Assembly (NCBI GenBank): GCA_050613775.1
Contig: JBODTK010000155.1
Coordinates: 186,001 to 250,000, forward strand
Reading direction: 5' to 3'
Length of the DNA: 64,000 nucleotides
Origin: Neocallimastix sp. 'constans'
Taxonomy: Eukaryota
Below the pieces are notes generated by a model. The model was not told where the DNA came from and did no database searches. It worked only from the letters and a program-made list of their open reading frames with translations. This document shows positions 57,308 to 64,000 of the stretch, in pieces. Positions within the stretch are counted from its first letter, which is position 1, and the number at the start of each line of letters is the position of its first letter. The position numbers and the translations under genes were made by a program.

Positions 57308-57697
57308 TAAAATAAATAAAATAAAATAAAATAAATAAAATAAAATAAAATAAATAAAATAAAATAAATAAAATAAAATAAAATAAATAAAATAAAATAA
57401 ATAAAATAAAATAAAATAAATAAAATAAAATAAAATAAATAAAATAAAATAAAATAAATAAAATAAAATAAAATAAATAAAATAAAATAAAATAAATAAA
57501 ATAAAATAAAATAAATAAAATAAAATAAAATAAATAAAATAAAATAAAATAAATAAAATAAAATAAAATAAATAAAATAAAATAAAATAAAATAAATAGT
57601 GAAATATAGATATAAAGAACAGATTGAATAAAATAAAATAAAATAAAATAAATAGTAGATTATTAAATATATAATACAAATTGAATAAAATAAAATA
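57308..57697 (+). repeat. Compound (TAAAA)2-3TAAA satellite (14/19-bp period) followed by two degenerate core copies
   Basis: Regular TAAAATAAAATAAAATAAA units at about 57400-57596, then TAGTGAAATATAGATATAAAGAACAGATTGAA and TAGTAGATTATTAAATATATAATACAAATTGAA. Confidence 0.85.
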
Positions 57698-59172
57698 TAA
57701 TATAATAAAATAATAATTATAATAATAATAATAATAATAATAATATGTAAAGGAGTCACACAGAAAACGAAATTTGTATTATTATATATTTATTTATTTA
57801 TTTATTAGTTATAATTTTTATTTCTTATAATAAAAAGACTCAATTATTTAATATTATACATTAAATCAATATTTAATCTATTACATACATTATATCATTA
57901 AGAAACTTTATAATTAATGAATTTCAAAATATAATAGAATAAAATTATAAAAGTAATATTAATACATAAAAAAAACTAATAATATAAAAAAATTTAAATT
58001 ATTTCTTTTCTATTGCGATTTTATATTATATTAATTATATATATTATTATGTGCTTTTGTTTATTATTTTATTATTTTTTATTTTTTAGTTTTTTTTAAG
58101 ATTAAAAAGTTTAATGCATTTAATAATAATAAATATTAATAATGACATTTACTTTTAAGAAATAAAAAAAAAAAAAAAAAGTTAATTATAGTAGTAATAT
58201 TTAATATAACATAAAAATTAAAATGTAAATATATAAATCATTTTTCAATATGCAAGTATTATAAAAATTTTATTAAATAAAGAACTATTTAACATTATTA
58301 ATATAAAATAAAATATATATTATATAAAAATATATAAACAAATATAAAAAATGATAAATATAGAAATAATTTTATTGTATAACTAATAGAGTTTATATAA
58401 GCATATACAAATAATATTAAAATAAAATTTAGTATTCTATCTTAGTTAACTATTAATTATTATTTTTCATTGGATATAAAAAATATTAAATATTTATTAT
58501 TCTTATTAAATCTTGCTTATTTTTTCACTATATTTTTTATTTTCATTATATTATTTCATTTAAATTAATATTAATAAATAACTAAACATATATATATGCA
58601 TTTTGGTTATAATAAGTAATATTTTCTGATCATAATAAATTAGTACTATATATATAATTGAATTTTTATATTTGAAAGATTACAATACTTATATATTTTT
58701 ATTTGTAAAAATTTTTTTATAAAAATATAATATCTCTGATATAGATAATTTAAATAATTAATTATAATTTAAATCCACTTTTATAAAATTTTTGAAAACA
58801 ATTATAATTATTAAAAAGCATGAACTATTATTATTAAATATTAAATATATACCATTTTATAAATATTCTTATGAAAATTTCTAAATAATATAAAATTATT
58901 AATATTAATAATTAATAATTAATTATATTTAAAACATATTTATCAATAATAAAAGCTATTTTAATGTTATTAAAAATTACTTTTATACTTTTAGTTCATA
59001 TATTTTATTGTTTTTTTCTGATATATACGTTACAAATTTACACAACTTATTGTGTTTTTTAAATAGTATTAACAAATAAATATATTATTTTGAGGGGTTA
59101 TATACACAATATTTATTGTGTTTTTTAATTAACTTTGACAAAAAAAAAAAAAAACACTATCGTAAATGGTTA

Positions 59173-60632
59173 TTACTCCTTATCAGCAACTAAAATAATT
59201 TAAATTATATTTAAATATATTAATTTTACAATCAATATTTAAATTTTTTTTTTTAATAATAATTTTATAATTTTATAACTATAAATAGATTTTTATTAAA
59301 ATAAATATAATTACTTGGATTTGCTAATATCGTAACTGATTTTATTTTAACTTCTTGAATTGGTCTGTATTTTTCATCAACTGACACTTTTTCCAATGCG
59401 TCTAAAGTTTCCATTCCATCAATAACTCTTTTATATTAGAAAAATTTTTATTTAAACAAAGGATAATTATATAATTATAAATACTCAATAATATAATAAA
59501 TATAATATATATATTTTATATAATTATAAAAATATAATTTAATATATATATCTTACTTTCCGAATACTGTATATTTTGTGTCAAGATGTGATTGCTTGGA
59601 ATAAGTAATGAAAAATTGAGACTTATTAGTATTAGGTCCACTATTACAATAAATGATGGATAATATATATATAACATTAATATATTTAAAATTTTCAATT
59701 AAATATCTTTAAAATTATTTAATTATCATTCAATTATTTACTTATTTGCCATTGAAACTATTCCTCGACGATTATGCTAAATAATGTTAAAATTAATAAT
59801 TTAAATTAATTTATAAAATTTTTATTAAATAAATTTATTAATATTTCATTATTATTAAATTTACTTTCAAAGTTGGTTTAATTTCATCTTCAAATGGTTT
59901 TCCCCAAATTGATGTTCCTCCTTTTCCGGTACCTATCAAAGTAATTTGTATATGTATAATTATTTAATTTCATATTCATAAATTAATTATTATTCCTTAA
60001 TTAATTTTATATTTACCTGTTGGATCTCCTGTCTTTAAAATATATAATATATAATTATATTTTATATTATTAAAGTAAAAATTTTAAAATAGCTATTTTT
60101 TTTAATTTAAAGAAATTCATAATTTTTTATATGTATGTATAATAATTTATATTTTTCAAATATTATCATTTATAATTAATTTAAATATTATTAATTATTA
60201 CCTGTATCATAAATCCTTTAATATTTCTAATAATTTCATTAATTAATATATAATTTAGAAATTTTAAATTAATACTAAATTTAAAAATTTTAATTTCCAA
60301 GGAAATTCTTTATACCTATGAAATATACAATTATCATAATATCCTGAAGCACAAAGTGCTAAGAAATTCTAATTTATGTTTTAAATAGAAAAAATAAGAA
60401 CAATAAATGTATATATATGTATATAAATTAAATTTTATTTTATTATTTTTAAAAAACTATTTGACATATATATAATAATTTAATTTATTACTTCTGCTGT
60501 TTTTGGTACAGCCTCGCAAAAAATTTCAATTTTTATTTCACCTAAATCTGTATCGAATATTACAGACTTTTATATTATATTAATATAATATATTTATTTT
60601 AATTCTTTAATTTTTAAATTTTACATTACCAT
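59173..60632 (-). CDS. PPIL3: Cyclophilin-type peptidyl-prolyl isomerase, PPIL3/Cyp10-like, 162 aa. Exons 60632-60630, 60566-60492, 60368-60316, 60226-60202, 60032-60017, 59932-59865, 59776-59742, 59640-59557, 59427-59315, 59189-59173
   Basis: The spliced 489-nt CDS reads [162 protein letters not shown]. Nine GT-AG introns, all in phase. Confidence 0.95.
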
Positions 60633-61863
60633 TTTTTCTTTTACAATTTAAATTTCAATAATTTAATATAAAAATTTAAACATGTATGATTGATATAAAA
60701 TTAATTTATATATAGGTAAATTTTTTTTACATTGACATTGCTAATGTATACATATTCGTATAGTACTAACCCAATAAATTTAATTAATTATAAACCAATC
60801 GTTTTAAATTTTAGTATATAAACAAGAAATTGATTTATTTTTTATTTTTCTTCCTACAAAAAAAAATATATATATGTATATAAATGAAAATATAAAATAT
60901 ATTTTGAGGTAATAATTAAAAGTAAAATTTTATTAGTTTTAAAAAATGGTTTCTAAGATGAAATATATTATGTTTGATTATATTTATTTATGAATATAAA
61001 TGAAATAATAATAAAAATAGAGCTTTTTAACCCTGAGAAATGAAATGATATATTGAAATTGGAAAACGTATAAATGAAGTATGGAAAAACTAATTATTAT
61101 TTTTTTTATTTAAAATTTATTAATAGATAAAGTGTCTTTTATCAAAAGTAATGTTGACAAAAAAAATAAGGTAAAATAATAATCAAGAAATATTATTATA
61201 GAATATAAGCAAGGATTAAATTAATGTTCATGCACCACTCTAAGAATTATTGTTAATTCAGTGCTGAGAAAAAACATACCCTTAATGAGCTTATAATTTA
61301 TTTTCAAAATAAATGTAAAATATTTATATTTTATTTACAAATAATATATATATAATTATTTAATAGGTAAATGTAACTCTTGACGGAATTATATGAATTT
61401 AAATTGTATTATATAAAAATGATTAATGAAATATAATGTAATTAATATTGACAAAATAAAATATAAAAATTATGAAATTTTGTGTAATTAATAAGAAATT
61501 TCGAGAAAAAATAAAGGTGTGCAAAATTGTTTAGAAATTTTTATTATGAATAAATTTTGATTTTTATATGAAACGTTTTTATATTCTTTATTTTTTTTAA
61601 TCTTTATTTATAAAGAATATTTTATACTCTTATGTGTATAATACTTTTTAAATAATTAATAAATAAAGCTATAGAAGTGCATTTTCTTCCTAGTATAAAA
61701 AAAAATAGCGAAGATAGTATTTTAAATAATTATCATATATGGAAAATTTTTGAATTGGATTATTATCTTATAATTACTACTCAAGCTAGTATTATTTTAT
61801 ATCAAAGAAATATTATATATATATATATAATATCAACTTTTTTTAAATACTATAAAACTAGTT

Positions 61864-61896
<33 letters not shown>

Positions 61897-62059
61897 TCTT
61901 TATATTAAAAAAGGAATTTAGTGGAGTGAAAATAAAATATATGAATTTTTTTTTTTTTTTACATTAGTATTAAAAAACCTCATTACGAGTTTTGAGAACT
62001 AAAGGACCTCATTTTTTTTATATTCATTAATGATAATTCCATGTGGATAAAAATTAGCA

Positions 62060-63540
62060 TTTAAATCTGTGTCAGGTGATTGAAGAATATTATTGAGCAC
62101 GAAACGTAGTGAAGCTGCGTAAATCTGTCGAGATCACTCAAGAATGAGCGTAGTTGAGTCAATGAATGAAGTTGAATGAAAATATTAAGGTTTTTTGGGG
62201 TTTTAAAACCATACCATTTTTGCATATATTTTGTCATAAAAACCATATTGTTGATATATATATAAATTTTGGAGCCTTAATTAATAGATGTCATAGCATA
62301 GTTTTGGCATAAATAAACCATAAAACCCTAAACGTTTATTAACGATCTGGAACCTGTATTAATCAAATGGTCATAATAGCTATGAATTGATATGAATGAT
62401 ATAGTTTTGATGTTAATATTGGTCAAAACTGATATGTTGTTCAATTAATTAATACAGGTTCCAGAAGTTAATGAAGGTCAAAACAGCTATAATTATATAA
62501 ATGATAGTGTTTGTAGTGATTGCAAACCTAGCTAATTTTATGATTCTGAGCATGTTTTTGACCAGTTGAACGATCAAAAACATATGTTGATTAACTAGCT
62601 AGGCTTTGCACAACATTGCTGTATTTCTGCATATATTATTATTTGAATAATGTTGCAATATGATGATTTTGAATGCCTTTTATGGTCAAAGCTGCTGTGA
62701 TTTTATCAACAAACAATGCAAAAATATCGACAAATATATGCAAATCATAGCTATATTGTTCTAAGCATTCAAAATCATAACCACAACAATTATTATTAAT
62801 ATTATTATTATAAACAATATGGTTGAATGATTGTATTTGTATGCCAAATATGTGTATTTTATGTTCAAAAACAGGGTCATTTTGCAGCAATGTTTATATA
62901 TATTAGCGATGTTTGTTGTTAAATACCATACAAATACAATATGTCTTTATTCTGGAGCTTATATTAATAGATGAACAACATAGGGTTTTGATGCTAAAAC
63001 TATGCTAAAAACCATACCATTTTCATCTAAAATAAAAACAAAAAATAAAATAAAATAAAAAATAAAAAAAAAAATAAAAAAATAAAAATAAAATAAAAAT
63101 AAAAATAAAATAAAAACAATAATCAAATATATATGCATAGTTTTAGAATAATCATTGCAAAAATACACTTATATTAGCAATATAAGCATATGTTCATCAA
63201 TATCGTCATCATTTCTGGAACTTTAATAACAACAATGACTGCATATATTGCTAATATTAACCTCAAAACCATGTAGTTCATATAAGCCACAACAGCTATA
63301 TTTTCAATTAAATTAACAGGTTTTATGACTTATTAAACATTCAAAACATACATGGTTTATATGCAATCATTGCTGTTTTGACCATATATTGATATAGGCT
63401 CCAAATATTAAATAAACATACAGGGTTTTATGGCAAATATATATTCAAAACCATGTGTTGATAAATCAATATTATCAGGAGCCTATATCAATAAGTGTCA
63501 AAATGGTATGGTTTTTATACTAAATCTATGCAAAAACTAT
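62060..63540. mobile_element. Non-coding foldback-like element built from ~78-bp subunits in direct and inverted orientation
   Basis: GGA(G/A)CCT.TAT(T/C)AAT motif forward at about 62271, 62349, 62954, 63478 and inverted at 62448 and 63387. AAAACCATACCATTT at 62205 and 63008, with its reverse complement at about 63501. Confidence 0.65.
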
Positions 63541-63550
63541 ATATAAAACA

Positions 63551-64000
63551 AAATAAAATAAATAGTAGAATATAAATATAAAGTACAGATGGAATAAAAT
63601 AAAATAAAATAAATAGTAGAATATTAAATATAAAGTACAGATGGAATAAAATAAAATAAAATAAATAGTAGAATATTAAATATAAAGTACAGATGGAATA
63701 AAATAAAATAAAATAAATAGTAGAATATTAAATATAAAGTACAGATGGAATAAAATAAAATAAAATAAATAGTAGAATATTAAATATAAAGTACAGATGG
63801 AATAAAATAAAATAAAATAAATAGTAGAATATTAAATATAAAGTACAGATGGAATAAAATAAAATAAATAGTAGAATATTAAATATAAAGTACAGATGGA
63901 ATAAAATAAAATAAAATAAATAGTAGAATATTAAATATAAAGTACAGATGGAATAAAATAAAATAAAATAAATAGTAGAATATTAAATATAAAGTACAGA
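63551..64000 (+). repeat. 52-bp minisatellite: 33-nt core + TAAAATAAAATAAAATAAA, at least 9 copies, runs off the window
   Basis: Core TAGTAGAATATTAAATATAAAGTACAGATGGAA starts at 63563 (1-nt shorter variant), 63614, 63666, 63718, 63770, 63822, 63869, 63921 and 63973 (truncated by the window edge). Confidence 0.97.

Noticed and set aside
63551..64000. CRISPR-like appearance (33-nt repeat with regular spacing)
   Set aside because: The spacers are identical simple repeats, there are no cas genes, and the context is eukaryotic.
1..64000. tRNA, rRNA, spliceosomal snRNA genes and TTAGGG telomeric arrays
   Set aside because: None recognised by eye; a tRNAscan-SE/Rfam scan is needed to exclude them.

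Overview
Extremely AT-rich, intron-containing eukaryotic DNA with long poly(A/T) runs, (TAA)n and (TAAAA)n microsatellites and short GT-AG introns. This composition suggests an anaerobic gut fungus (Neocallimastigomycota); that assignment is an inference. Six protein genes were reconstructed by hand: an Acinus-like RRM/RSB protein (5' end outside the window), Bdp1 (TFIIIB B''), a Crz1-like zinc-finger factor, an intronless 292-aa orphan, a BET protein (Bdf1-like) and a 10-exon PPIL3-type cyclophilin that the ORF track misses. Intergenic DNA holds decayed Ty1/copia and Ty3/gypsy relics, a MITE and a foldback-like element. The most unusual signal is a conserved 32-36 nt core (TAGTAGAATA...AAGTACAGATKGAA) always embedded in (TAAAA)n. 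It occurs at five separate loci, on both strands, including a regular 52-bp tandem array. Its 3' end resembles the end of a structured, (TAAAA)n-tailed island at 9.2-9.6 kb. Together these may be an undescribed microsatellite-associated retroposon system (hypothesis). All splice models and repeat boundaries were read by eye and are unverified.
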